A DNA stretch of 64,000 nucleotides, taken from Macrostomum hystrix (lineage: Eukaryota > Animalia > Platyhelminthes). The notes under the pieces were generated by a model. The model was not told the origin of the DNA. It saw nothing but the letters and a program-made list of their open reading frames with translations, and did no database searches. Positions within the stretch are counted from its first letter, which is position 1. Every line of letters begins with the position of its first letter. The DNA is taken from NCBI GenBank assembly GCA_950097015.1, contig CATNEN010000032.1, positions 930,001 through 994,000 on the forward strand, in the 5' to 3' direction. Of the stretch, positions 13,061 to 24,283 are shown piece by piece. Position numbers and translations under genes: made by a program.

Positions 13061-13147
13061 GTTCTTGTTTGTAGGGTAGGTACCTTAATTACACCAGTCC
13101 AATTCGGCCAGATGTGGCCGAAAACGCAGCCGCAGCTGTTGCGCGGC

Positions 13148-15928
13148 CACAGTGCTCATGGGAAGTCAAAATGACACAAAAAATTGCCCAAGAAAATGAT
13201 TTTGTAAACCATATACCAGAGCACCTCGTATACCCAGAACAGGTTTTTTTTAAATCGTAAGTGCTTGTCCTAGCGTACAACAGACTTTTTATTTTGTTCG
13301 GCCAAAACAGGCTCTTAATTGCGACGTTGCTATGGGAAAAAACTTATTAAAATTGAATTAGTAAAAGCTTATGCATAGTAGTCTGTTTTAACAGCGTATT
13401 TTTTCAGAAAAAAATTGTCACTTATAACCTTAAAACATAAATGTGAGCTACACATGAAAGCCATTGTAAGCAACAACAGCTCGGAGCAGTTCGTTTGGGA
13501 AAGTGCTGTGCTGCATGGGCACAGCATATCGCTGCCATGTTAGAGCGAAATCCCGGTGCACGCTCTCGAAGGCTTGCTCGCTAAACGTGCCTAGTGGTCT
13601 CCCAGTGACGGCGCAGAATGTTCCCACGTGGTACAACAGCACATGCACTTTTGGGGAAATTGGCAAACCGATCAGCTCGTATGTGGCCTTGAACTGCGCG
13701 ATTCGGTCCTGGAAATCCGCGTGCAGTTCGGAGCCAAAGCAGCTGCTGACTACTGCATCAAAGCTCACCAGACAGGAGCCGTAGTGCTTCAGTTGCCGCG
13801 GCAGGCAATTCTGAAGCTCGGCAGATCGTCGAAGCAGAGTGCGACACGCGTTTCCCTCCATGCTGCCGCCGCGGTATCCTACACGCACAATGCTACGATC
13901 ATGCGCCCACTGATAAGCGCAGTTGTCACCCCACGCCGTGTTCAAAGCATCGAAAATGCGATTTGTGATGCCAAGCATCAGGTGCAGCTCTGGTGGAGGC
14001 AGAATGAAGAGAATTTCTGCGTCATCATCTGCCTGAAGCAGAGGAGCCTCGACGCAGTTGAAAAAATCCTTTGCAGTGTTTCGCACCTTGCCACTGCTGG
14101 CGAAATCCAGCGCCAGCTGCCGAATTCTGCCGATTGTCCGCACTGGACCGCAAGTGTCTAGCGGAACTGGAGTCTCGCAGTAGCAGCATGGATGCCTGGA
14201 CGCATGCGATTGCAGTCCACAGATGAGATTGGCAACTTTCATATCGGCGGCTACTGCATTCACTGTGATGCCTCCAAGGCTCAAGAGCTGGAAGAGTGCC
14301 TTTATATTGTCGTAAGACTCGGCCATGTCGGGCACAGCAGCAAGCAGCAGCAGCTTCTTGACTCCAGAATCGGCAAAAAATTTGTGCTTGGTCGACTGAT
14401 TTGGTTCGCTCTCACTTCGAGGTAGTAAGCTGACACAGATCTTGAAGAACTCGCCACCTCCGTCAAGTCCAAGCTTCACATCGATATTGTCGTGACCTCT
14501 TTCAAAAGCAACCTTTTCGATTAAGCCTTGAACATCATTGCAAACGACAGCAATTTTTGAACCTTCGCTATCCACTTTCAGCAGACTGTGCACAAAAAAT
14601 CTTCCAGATGCCGACTTCTTACTGCGAGACTCGCTCCCAAGTTCGATTGTACAGCCTTTACTGTGCCGGCTCCCATCCGCAAGATGCTAGCCGCTCGTAG
14701 AGTTTGCCTGTTGCTCAGATTGAGTGCGACTTTCAGTTGAAGCATCGTGGCTGTGGTCGCTTGAGCCAATTGTCCTGAGCTGCTGGCTGCTTCCACACAG
14801 TGACCCACAGTGACAGCCAGAGGCCTGCCTCCATGTGGTCTTTTCAAAGTCACTGTGCTAGATCCGGCTGCTTGCAGCTTGGCAGCGATTTCGGTGCTGG
14901 CCACTTGCTCTGTCGTTCCAGGGCTCAGCTGGGTGCTCAAGTTAATCAGCCGCGTCGCCTTGTTGCAGCGATGAGTCTTTCCTTTACCAATGGGCGAGTG
15001 GCAGCCAGAACACAGCCGTTCAGGAGTCTGAGGTGCATCGCCGCAAGATGATGGTCGGCCCCTCGTACAGTTTGGCGAACTAGTTGCATAGATACTGCAT
15101 GGATCTGAGTTTTTGTGCAGGTTGCTGCGAGCAATCCTGCAGATCTCACATGGGCAGTCGGGCTGTGATCTTCTGCTGACTGGGATGCTGCTCAAGTCTT
15201 TAAGCATTTGCTCGTAGAGAAGTCTTGGCGGCAAAGGACGAGGCGATGGGCCAGCTAGCGAAGACACGATTCGGCGACAGCCCTCACACACTCCAGCAGG
15301 AAGAAAATGCTGCACAGATGAGAAGTTTGGCAGGATGTAGTGCTCAATCGCTGCTGCATCGTTTACACAGCGCTCAGCCTTGCGTAGGCAAAGCAGGCAC
15401 ACACTACGAAGGCACTCATCGTGGCTCTTTGGGCTGTTGGGCATTTTTCTGAATTCGAATAGAACGTTTGAGCTATGCATAGATGCAAGGAACAATTTAT
15501 GTCACAGGACTGACAATATCAGACTTTATTTTCAAGTGAGGTGACTAGCCGCATATGTACAGTGCTTTCTACAACTTTGTACACTGCCATATCACATCTG
15601 TGATGCATCACACAAAAGTCATGATACAATCTCAGCAGTCAATATTTATTGTACTTTTTCCTGCCGTCCCTAATCAAAACTAAATACTCTGTGCATTGCA
15701 GGATCAGCATAAAATACTAAAAAGATGGGAATGCTTCATTTTTCGTTGCAACTTCACAATAAAGGACCTGTTTAAGCTGAATAAAATAAAAAGTCTGTTG
15801 TACGCTAGGACAAGCACTTACGATTAAAAAAACCTGTTCTGGGTATACGAGATGCTCTGGTATATGGTTTACAAAATCATTTTCTTGGGCAATTTTTTGT
15901 GTCATTTTGACTTCCCATGAGCACTGTG
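13148..15928 (-). mobile_element. Chapaev/Transib-related (RAG1-like) DNA transposon, 2781 bp
   Basis: TIRs of ~145 bp are near-identical (13148-~13294 and ~15785-15928) with ~45 bp of further degenerate similarity. Both begin CACAGTGCTCATGGGAAGTCAAAATGACACAAAAAAT. CGCGGC flanks both sides (13142-13147, 15929-15934). Contains the transposase ORFs. Confidence 0.92.
13448..15444 (-). CDS. Chapaev/RAG1-like DDE transposase, interrupted by one -1 frameshift at ~14594-14599
   Basis: N-terminal Chapa/RAG1-N-like zinc motifs: H-x7-CLLC, P-x3-CEGC, CPCEIC. Core motifs: KLGLDGGG (D), AADMK (D), HPCCYC, PELHLMLG, MEGNACRTLL (cf. RAG1 MNGNFARKLM), KVHVLLYH (H-x4-H), SEQAFESVH (E). One extra T in the T6 run would give an uninterrupted frame (EDFFVHSL). 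The start Met (15444 or 15480) is uncertain. Confidence 0.88.
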
Positions 15929-17706
15929 CGCGGCGCATCTGAAGGCTGCTTACAGCTTAACCGCTTCACAGCTGGGTGAACTCAAGTAGCCCAGAGTTGA
16001 TTGCCTTTTTAAGGGACACAAATTGTTGCAGTGGAGTCGGGAATCGAACCGCAGATGTATGTTCAGAAAAGACCATAGACAGGATCAGAAAGTTAGCGCC
16101 AGACTCAAGTCTTACTGAGCAAGAAGCCTTCTAAGAGGCTGGGAATGCCGAATCACATTACGGCCCGCAGCTGTATCGGTTTTCATAGTAGATATTATCC
16201 GATTGCTGCTTACACGGATCGATAAGTCTGCAGACCGCGCTTTTTTCAGACTCAAACTTCAAACAGAACCCCAGGGAAATGCTCGTCTGATCATTCCCGC
16301 TAGTCAGAGGTAACGTAGAGCTATGCTAGAGAAAGATAATACGCTGGTAATAAAAAAATGACCAAGCAAATCAACGATAAATTTCTCCCAATATTACTTA
16401 TTATCTCATCATTGCACCTGAATAGAAAAATAATGAATTCGAGGCAATAAACAATGTTCACCATGGCAGCACATGTTTATTAAAAAAAACGAACAAGCTT
16501 TTGTTAAACTTTTGCTACCTAGACATATTTATTGACTCCGGCCAGGTAAGCAGGTAGCAGACACACAAACACGCAGAGACAGAGAAAAAACATGATTTGA
16601 CAAACACTAAGCACTGCTCCGCATTGTAAATGCAGGTGCGCTGACACGTAGAAATATGGCTGCATGGCGGTAACTGCCTTCAATCAAACAGCCTTCAATG
16701 CCAATTCAAGTTGAATTATAGAACTGATAACTGCTCCACTGAACAGTAGAATGACAGACGACAAGCAAGCGAATTTCTATTATTATAACTATTATTAATT
16801 GCCAGAAAAAAATTATTAACAGTTTAACTGCGGCGACAGCTGCCATTGCGGGTGCGAGGTTGAGAGATAAAGCATCATAAGTTTGTTGTTGGGTGAACCT
16901 TTAGAAACATTTACAACAATGCAACCAAATTACTGGGCTGGGACTAATGATATACCATCAGAATTGCTGAAATAGATAGCCGATTGATTGCACAGATGTG
17001 ATCATACTACTTACAGAATTTGTAAGTAGTATTTCAAGGCTGTTGTGATCATTGAATAAATATTAACAGCGTACTGGCAACCTTAGAAACACGAATTCAC
17101 ACCTTTGGTGGTGCAAAACACACAATATCCACTTTAACGGGGGGGAATCTAAAAAAAATCAGAACGTGAATAATTTATTATAATTAAACAATACCCAGAA
17201 TTCGGAATCCCATCCGTAAAAGTACAAGTGATAAATATTACCCTAAAATAGGAATTTTAATCCAACATAGACAGTACGAGTTAATTATTTGCCAAATAAG
17301 TAGTACAAAATTAAAATTATGCTCCTAACCTAGGGCTTATACCCCAGAAGTATAAATATATATGTAAAGGTTCTATTGTACATCTCCATTAAGAAGCTTG
17401 AATTAAAAATGTAGATTTTTTCATACTATATATACAATTTTCCCTTCTATGTGGAGTTTTTCAATTCTAACATTCTACTGATCCAGTGAGTAATATGGTC
17501 ACAGATTTTATACAGACACAAGGTGATGGTAAAAACGTACAGCCTGGTAATAAGGTGCCACCTCTTTTGTTTAAAACACGTTAAAACCGACAGTTAAAAC
17601 AGACAGAAACGATTTCAAGACAAGCCGGCACGACAACTGGGACGGGACATAAAAAAATAACTAAAACATATGCTATCTAGCCAATCAAGATCTTGTCGAA
17701 ATCATT

Positions 17707-20700
17707 CTAGATTTTCCTCTCGGTCAGGTACTTGATGAGTGCCCGATCCACCAGAGGACTGTGCGTATCCGCTCCCATCTCCAGGTGTCCAGCGGCCATC
17801 AGCAGTCGGCCAACGGCCGACCGGAGCGCCATCAGCTCCTTCTCCTTCTCTTCTTCTTTCTCGCGTAGAAGCTGAAATAGCCGGTAGTTCGTATTGGGCA
17901 TTAGTTCGACAGAAATATTTGGGGACTCAGGACTCCATAGACAATAAAGGATTAACAAACCATGAGATGGCACTGCTGCTTATAAATTGCTGATTCAATT
18001 TGGGATAAATTGCAGTTTTATAAGAGATAAATTGCTGGTTTTGTAAGGGATAAATGGTAAGTTCTTTATGGGATAAATTGCAGGTTCTTTAAGGGATAAA
18101 TTGCATGTTCTTTAAGGGATAAATTACAGATTCATTATGAGATAAATCGCTGGTATTACTGAGAACAAACTGCTTAATCTATAAGGGATAAATTGCAGGT
18201 TCTTTGAGGGCTAAATTGCAGGTTCTACTGAGAACAAACAGCTTATTCTATCAGGGAATAAGTTGCACATTCTGTTAAGGGATAAATAGGTAATTATGAG
18301 GTAAAATGCAGAATAACACGACAGAGATAAAATCCACTACTAATGTAACGATAACGGATCTCACCTGTCTAATACCTTCCTCGTAAGTCTTAAAGTAGGC
18401 TTCAGTTGGAAAAGTCTCTAACTCGGCCACCGGCATGGCAGCAAAGTCGGCGTCAGCCCGGGAGAAGTTCGGCGGACAGAAATACTTCAGCACCTCGCGC
18501 AGTTTGTCCGAGACGCAGGACAGCTGCCGGCTAGTGGATTGCAGCTCGGCGGTCAGCTGATGGATACACGGGTGGGAGCTCGGATGCACAAATTAGCAGG
18601 CCAATCTGCCCTTTTGACAGCCAGAATCTCCGCTTCTGACAGTGAGCATCTCCCCTTCTGACAGTCAGCATCTCCCTTTCTGACAGTCAGCATCTCCCTT
18701 TCTGACAGTCAGCATCTCCCCTTCTGACAGTCAGCATCTCCCTTTCTGACAGTCAGCATCTCCCTTTCTGACAGTCAGCATGTAACTAAGGACTAAAATG
18801 AGCATTTTCTATTCTGACATTTAGCGTCTGACCTATCATTTTTATTGTACAAAATACTGTATTCTACAACTTATCTAAATTAAATTAAGCAATGCAGTGA
18901 CAGTCACGACTTCAGAAAACTAATCTCACCGATTTTACAGCGGCTTGCGCTGAACTCGACGATGAATTAACCCCGTCGGCTGGCGCCTCTGCCTGCTTCT
19001 TCTGCTGCAGCTGCTGCTGAGGCACAGGCGGCAATCGGGCTTTTTCGGCGTCGCCACTGCCAATTGCAATGAGTCCCGGATTGCGCGACACCCGGACAGT
19101 TGGCGGCGGAGGCGGAGCCGGCGCCGGTGGCTTCGCTGCGGCGGCTGCAGGCGGAGGGACTGTCGGCAGTGCGGAGGACCGCTTGGCCATAGGCGGCTTT
19201 GGTGGTGCTTTCTTGGCAACCTCTTCTTCCTCTTCCTCCTCGTCTTCTTCGCTCGAGTCCTCTTCTTCTTCGTCATCCTCGTCGCTGGAGCCGGGCGGTT
19301 TTCTGCCACCGCGCGACGGCGGAGGCTGCGGCTTTTTCTGCGGCGGGGTGGGCACTGAGCGACGCTGCTGCTGCTGCTGCTGTTGCTTCTGATGCTGCTG
19401 CTGTTTCGCTGCCGCAACAGCTTGCGGAGTGGCGAGCTTGCGAGCTGGGGCGGGCGGAGGCGGCTTGTTCTTTTGCTGCTGCTGCTGCGGCTGCGAATTC
19501 CGCCGCTTTGCCGGCGGCTCCTCTTCCTCCTCCTCTTCGGACTCCTCCTCGTCCTCGTCATCTTCCTCCTCCTCATCGCGCTGCTTGACCGGCTGCCGGC
19601 CCCGCACAGCCTGGCCACCGGTGAGCTTCTCCAGCTCGGCCTGCCGACGCTTGATCATGTCCTCCAGCTCCTGCTGCCGCTGCTCCTTGGTCTTGATCTT
19701 GCGCTTCAGCACGCGCACCGGCACGGCCAGGATCTGCTCTGGCTCCGAGCAGCGCTTGTGCCCGTTGTCCGGATTGTCCTTGCACTCCCAGTTGTCCGGC
19801 ACCGACTTGCCAACCTGGAGGCGAGAGATTCATACTTTATGATCACACAAGCTTTTAATATTGACGGATTGCCGGTTTCCTAAAGCACTGGAGTGAGTGG
19901 CAGAGCGGTCCAAGTTTTCCTCTCGCACCAATGTCCCTGAGCTCGAATTTGAAGCAAGGCCGTTAATTTGGGGCGCAGTCGAGATTAGGGGAGAAGGCAT
20001 TCGGGGCTTGTCATAAAATTTACGCCATAGAGGGACAACCTCGAAGGCACGGTGAGAGTGTACACTGGCTGACAATGTGAAATTTGGGAAAGATGTATAC
20101 ACACGTGTGCGTGTGCGCCCCAAAATATTGTACCAACGGCATTACTATTGTTACAGAGTTGATCCAACGAAACCCTAAACCTCCACATAAAAAATGCCTT
20201 AATTTGCGCAGACTCGCCTGATTGGACTGAAACGGCAGAATTCGCCACTTCAGGCAGCGATTGCACTGCACGTGAGTCTGCAGGCTGATGGCCCGCTTCT
20301 TGGCGTACTTCGGCTCCTGCGATGGCGGCTCGCTCCACTTGGCCTTCAGATAGCCGAACTCGGCCCAGAAGGCGTCGACGCCGCCGGGTCGCTTCTCGAT
20401 GCCGATGTCGTCCCAGTACTGCATGAGGTGGTCCGACATGGCGCGCAGCAGAGCCCGGTACTCCTTGGCGTCCGCAAAGTCCTGCTTACTGTGCGTTGGC
20501 ATCAAGAGAATGTAGGGCACATTGACTATGCCGACTACACCGCGGCAAGTCTGGCCGCTGTCCATCTGGGGCCCAATTCGCTCGTACATCTTGATTAGGC
20601 GGGAGCAGTTGTACACAAACATGCCGTACATGTTGCGCTGCTCGAGGTTGACGCCAAAGTAGAAGGTTAGGGTCTTGGGGTCCTTCAGCGCCTTCTGCTT

Positions 20701-23700
20701 CTTCTGGGCTATTACCTGGTGTTAAAGCAGGGAGAGATGAGATTAAGTCCACCGTATGGATCACATTTTCCACACTTTACGATCAACTAACTTTCAACTA
20801 GTTGATTCTATCAACTTTCAACTACGATCAACTAACTAAGCTGTTCGACGTCAGCATCGTCGGGATATTCAGCGGTTATTGTCGAATACCCTGGTGACAA
20901 GGAAAAATAAAACTTGCGCTGTTTAAACCTGTATGGCGAACCCCATTGGTTCAATAATGTAATAAATGACAATATAGTCAATACAGTATAATAAACACAA
21001 TGGTTACATGCAGTGGCGCAACCAGGTTTTGCCTTAGGGGGGGCGGTCTTTGCGTACATTGCCCTTTGCGTACATTGCCCCGCGGGTCGAAGGGGGGCGG
21101 CCGCCAGGTGGAGCGCGCTCTATTTCGCGGTTTTCGCCCACCATTCCTGGGCTAATTTCAAGGGCCGGTAGGGTAGGGCCCAGACGATTTAAAAGGTTTA
21201 AAAAATCCGAACGCACGCACGATTATAATGAAAGCTTGAAAATTAATATATGACCAATGGTCTTGGACTTGGTCTTTGGTCTATGTACGTTGGACTTGGG
21301 GGACAGGGAATGAGATAAGGTAATAATTATTAAGAAGCGTCTTGGCTTGCCCTTTGCGTACATTGCCCCCGCGGGCCGAAGGGGGCGGCCGCCCCCCCTG
21401 GTTGCGCCACTGGTTACATGATAACATTTTGTGATCAGAAAATGCATGCCTATATTGGTGGCTTTTGCCACTAAACACCCCGACGAGAATTTTACGTCGA
21501 ATCTTTGAATATGTCGACGATGCTGATGTTTCGAGACTCTGTAAGTTGTTTCAAACAATAGAGCAGAAAATATTAGCTCGCAGTCTGTGTTCTGGATTTT
21601 CATGGCAATTGGTTGAATATTTTAAGAGCTACAGAAAAAGAAAAAAATGTGCGTATTTTAAATACCCCGTTGTTTTTCTACTGTTAAAAATCTCAAATCA
21701 ATGAGATAAAATTTGCAGATCAATAGTTCCATATCTACGGGAAGACAATTTTTAAATTATTAGGAAATAGAAAAGATAGTATATAAAAATAACACTTAGC
21801 GTAGATGGGTCAGATCTACAGTGGCACTGCCGCAGCTATTGCAGTGGAGGTTTCCACACCTAATCGAGATTTCTACCCCAGCTAATGTTGCTACGCATGT
21901 TAGCAACAGCTGTGTGAAAAAAGCTTAAAAAGGATTTCCTTAGGCTCAGATTCGAACTTAGGACCTCTCGTTCTGAAGTCTGAAGCTCTAAAAACAGGGT
22001 CTGTCTGCGATTTTCATTCCCAAATTTATAGGGGAACAAAGTTACCATAGAAGAGATTCTATCCCAAGTAGGGAGGATGTCACAAATTGTCACTTACCTT
22101 CTTCATCTGGGCCTCCCGCTTGCTAGTTGCCAGGGCGTCCCTGGCCTTCCTGAGCGCGATACGGTCGGCCGATTCTACTGGCGCCTCGCCTAAACGCTGC
22201 TCCAAATCTCTTAGGCGGGATTCGAACTCGCGCACTCTCAAATCGGCCTGCTTAGTCTCCTCTTTGGATTTGACAGCTTCGGCTTCGGCTCGATTGCGAA
22301 ACGTCCTGGAAGCGTAGTTGTACTGCAGCGGCTTGTACAGGCAGGACAGCAGCATGCGGGTCTGCACCTTCTTGCCCTGGATGTACACCTTCATGCGCGG
22401 ATCGATGTACATTATTGAGACGTAGTGGCGCAGCGACTTGCGCTCCGGCGGCTGGCTGAGGAGTTACAATGACGGAAGCAGCGATTGTACTACCCTTAGT
22501 AGCCATGATTGAGAAATTTTATATTTGGGGCTGTTTAGCAATAGGCAGCTAAAACAAGAAGTGAAATTCTGCCCATTACACTAACCCTTAAGCACACAAA
22601 TGTGTGTCCATCTACCCCGAAATTTTCTTTGTCAGGCAGTGTACAATCTCACTAGATCATGGAGGTTGGTCTTCGCGGATGCAAATCGCACGACAAGCCA
22701 TCAAGCCTTCTCCGCTGCTGCGCCGCGAATAAAATAGCTTAGCGGGTACCTGCCTATGAAACCTTTCTCCCCACTCCCTGCCTGAGTCTCATAACTACTA
22801 GTCTGAATATAAAATCTGTGGTTCCCAATCTCACTCAGTCTCCGAGTAGATGCCCAGCTCGGCTTCGTCCTCATATTCCGGACTGGCCAGCAGGACGTCG
22901 GTGGCATCAGTTGTGACATCCAACTCGGGCTGGCCATTGTCCAACAGTTTGATATTGTAGATCATTAGCAGAGTTCCGCTGCTGCCCTCCGCAATCTTAT
23001 CGAATTGGGCCAAGAACTCCGCCTCGGTTTTGAACGGCGAGTATTTATAAATGACAGACATTTCAGTCTGGTGCCGCTCAGCCGCCGTGGGATCTTCGGC
23101 TAGGTCGTAGAGTGGCTGCTTGGTGTCCGCCCTGAAGCAGGGCAGTGGCACAATCACTTCGTCTAGGCTCTCGGCTTCGTGGAATGTTCTAGACAGGAAT
23201 AGAGCGCTCATGGTGTCCTCCTTTTTAGTGAACAGGATGAGGTCATTGCCAATGCGCATGGAGCCAGATTTCAGTCCGTTGCCGTACATGCCGATGGCGC
23301 TGCTGTCGTCTGAGCGCTTGGCCGAGCGACCAAACGTAATGATGTCCTTGGTCTCCTGGGGATCCATGCCGCAGCCGTTGTCCCGCAGGCAGAGCATGTA
23401 GCCGCCGCGCAGTTCCGTATTGTTCACTGTTGAACATTTCAATATTGGTCTTGTCAAACACTACACTCACTACTCGCAGTAGGATACGACGGAACAGTCA
23501 GAGAAACCCGCTAGGAATGAGAAACAACCCATAGAACAACATGGAAACCCATTATGATAATGAGAAATAACCCATAGAATAACATGGAAACCCATTATGA
23601 TAATGAGAAATAACCCATAGAATAACAGGGAAGCGCATTATGATAATGAGAAAAAACCCATAGAACAACATGGAAACCGATTATGATAATGAGAAACAAC

Positions 23701-24283
23701 CCATAGAACAACATGGAAACCCATTATGATAATGAGAAACAACCCTTAGAATAACATGGAAACCCATTATGATAATGAGAAACAACCCTTAGAATAACAT
23801 GGAAACCCATTATGATAATGAGAAACAACCCATAGAACAACATGCAAAACCATATGATAATGAGAAATAAACCATAGAAAAACAGGGAAACGCAAGACGC
23901 TTGCAAACAGCAAAAACACAAGCATTATAGAATTTGCATGTAAGAAGACAAATTTTAAAGCCAAATCATATTAAACATACCCGTATATATGTCCAACTCT
24001 GTGGCTCGAGCATCTCTAAAGTGATAAATGTATTGTATAGATGCTTTCGTATATAAGGGAGTCCATTTAATTTCTAATGTGTAATACTCTCTTACCTGGC
24101 ATTGTCAATTAGCTCAGCAATGGCACCAAATAGAAATTCATGAGTAGTTCTGCAAATTATCATAATTAGGAGCAATTTTATGAAATAGCCAAGAAGTTTT
24201 AATCAATAGAAATAAAATACTTACGAATTTGTATGCAAATACTCAAAGCTCAGCTGTGCTTTATTTAGCGATGAGTAGCTCAT
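17707..24283 (-). CDS. MORC2: MORC family CW-type zinc finger ATPase, MORC2-like, ~945 aa, 9 exons
   Basis: Exons (- strand) 24283-24225, 24149-24096, 24015-23981, 23426-22835, 22455-22098, 20715-20218, 19814-18930, 18556-18365, 17871-17707; total 2838 nt, in frame. N-terminus [43 protein letters not shown] motifs DNGCGM and [17 protein letters not shown]1, S5 fold ([10 protein letters not shown]...[10 protein letters not shown]), zf-CW ([19 protein letters not shown]), C-terminal LKYFCPPNF. All closely match recalled human MORC2. Confidence 0.95.
17990..18290. repeat. Degenerate ~23-bp repeat (GGGATAAATTGCAGGTTCTTTAA) in MORC2 intron 8
   Basis: GGGATAAATTGC motif recurs about 10 times. Confidence 0.75.
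18625..18781. repeat. 22-bp minisatellite (CAGCATCTCCCTTTCTGACAGT) in MORC2 intron 7
   Basis: About 7 tandem copies. Confidence 0.92.
21011..21412. mobile_element. hAT-type MITE (402 bp) in MORC2 intron 5
   Basis: Perfect 16-bp TIRs CAGTGGCGCAACCAGG / CCTGGTTGCGCCACTG. 8-bp TSD GTTACATG (21003-21010, 21413-21420). An internal block (TTTGCGTACATTGCCCC..GCGGG.CGAAGGGGG..CGGCCGCC) is directly duplicated near both ends. Confidence 0.9.
21940..22005 (-). pseudogene. Degenerate tRNA-like fragment (tRNA pseudogene or SINE head)
   Basis: Minus strand AGAGC-T-TCAGA-CTTCAGA-ACGAG-AGGTC-CTAAG-TTCGAAT-CTGAG is in tRNA register and carries a B-box, but the anticodon stem does not pair and the D-arm is degraded. 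Confidence 0.4.
23510..23890. repeat. 43-bp minisatellite in MORC2 intron 3
   Basis: Unit GAAACAACCCATAGAACAACATGGAAACCCATTATGATAATGA, about 9 copies. Confidence 0.93.

Noticed and set aside
13148-15928. ProtoRAG-like RAG1+RAG2 pair
   Set aside because: Only ~100-300 bp lie between the ORF and the TIRs, leaving no room for a RAG2-like kelch gene, and the ends are symmetric rather than 12/23-like.
16031-16125. B-box-like GGTTCGATTCCC on the minus strand
   Set aside because: The candidate A-box is weak and no cloverleaf forms; at most an old SINE relic.
18935-19883. Alternative-frame and antisense ORFs over MORC2 exon 7, the ICE1-like exon, the MULE ORF and the TRIM exons
   Set aside because: They are shadows of GC-rich, low-complexity true coding sequence with no independent domain signal.
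21974-21976. TCA at the anticodon position of a tRNA-like fragment (possible Sec or opal-suppressor tRNA)
   Set aside because: The anticodon stem does not pair, the D-arm and acceptor stem are degraded and there is no long variable arm, so it is not a functional tRNA.
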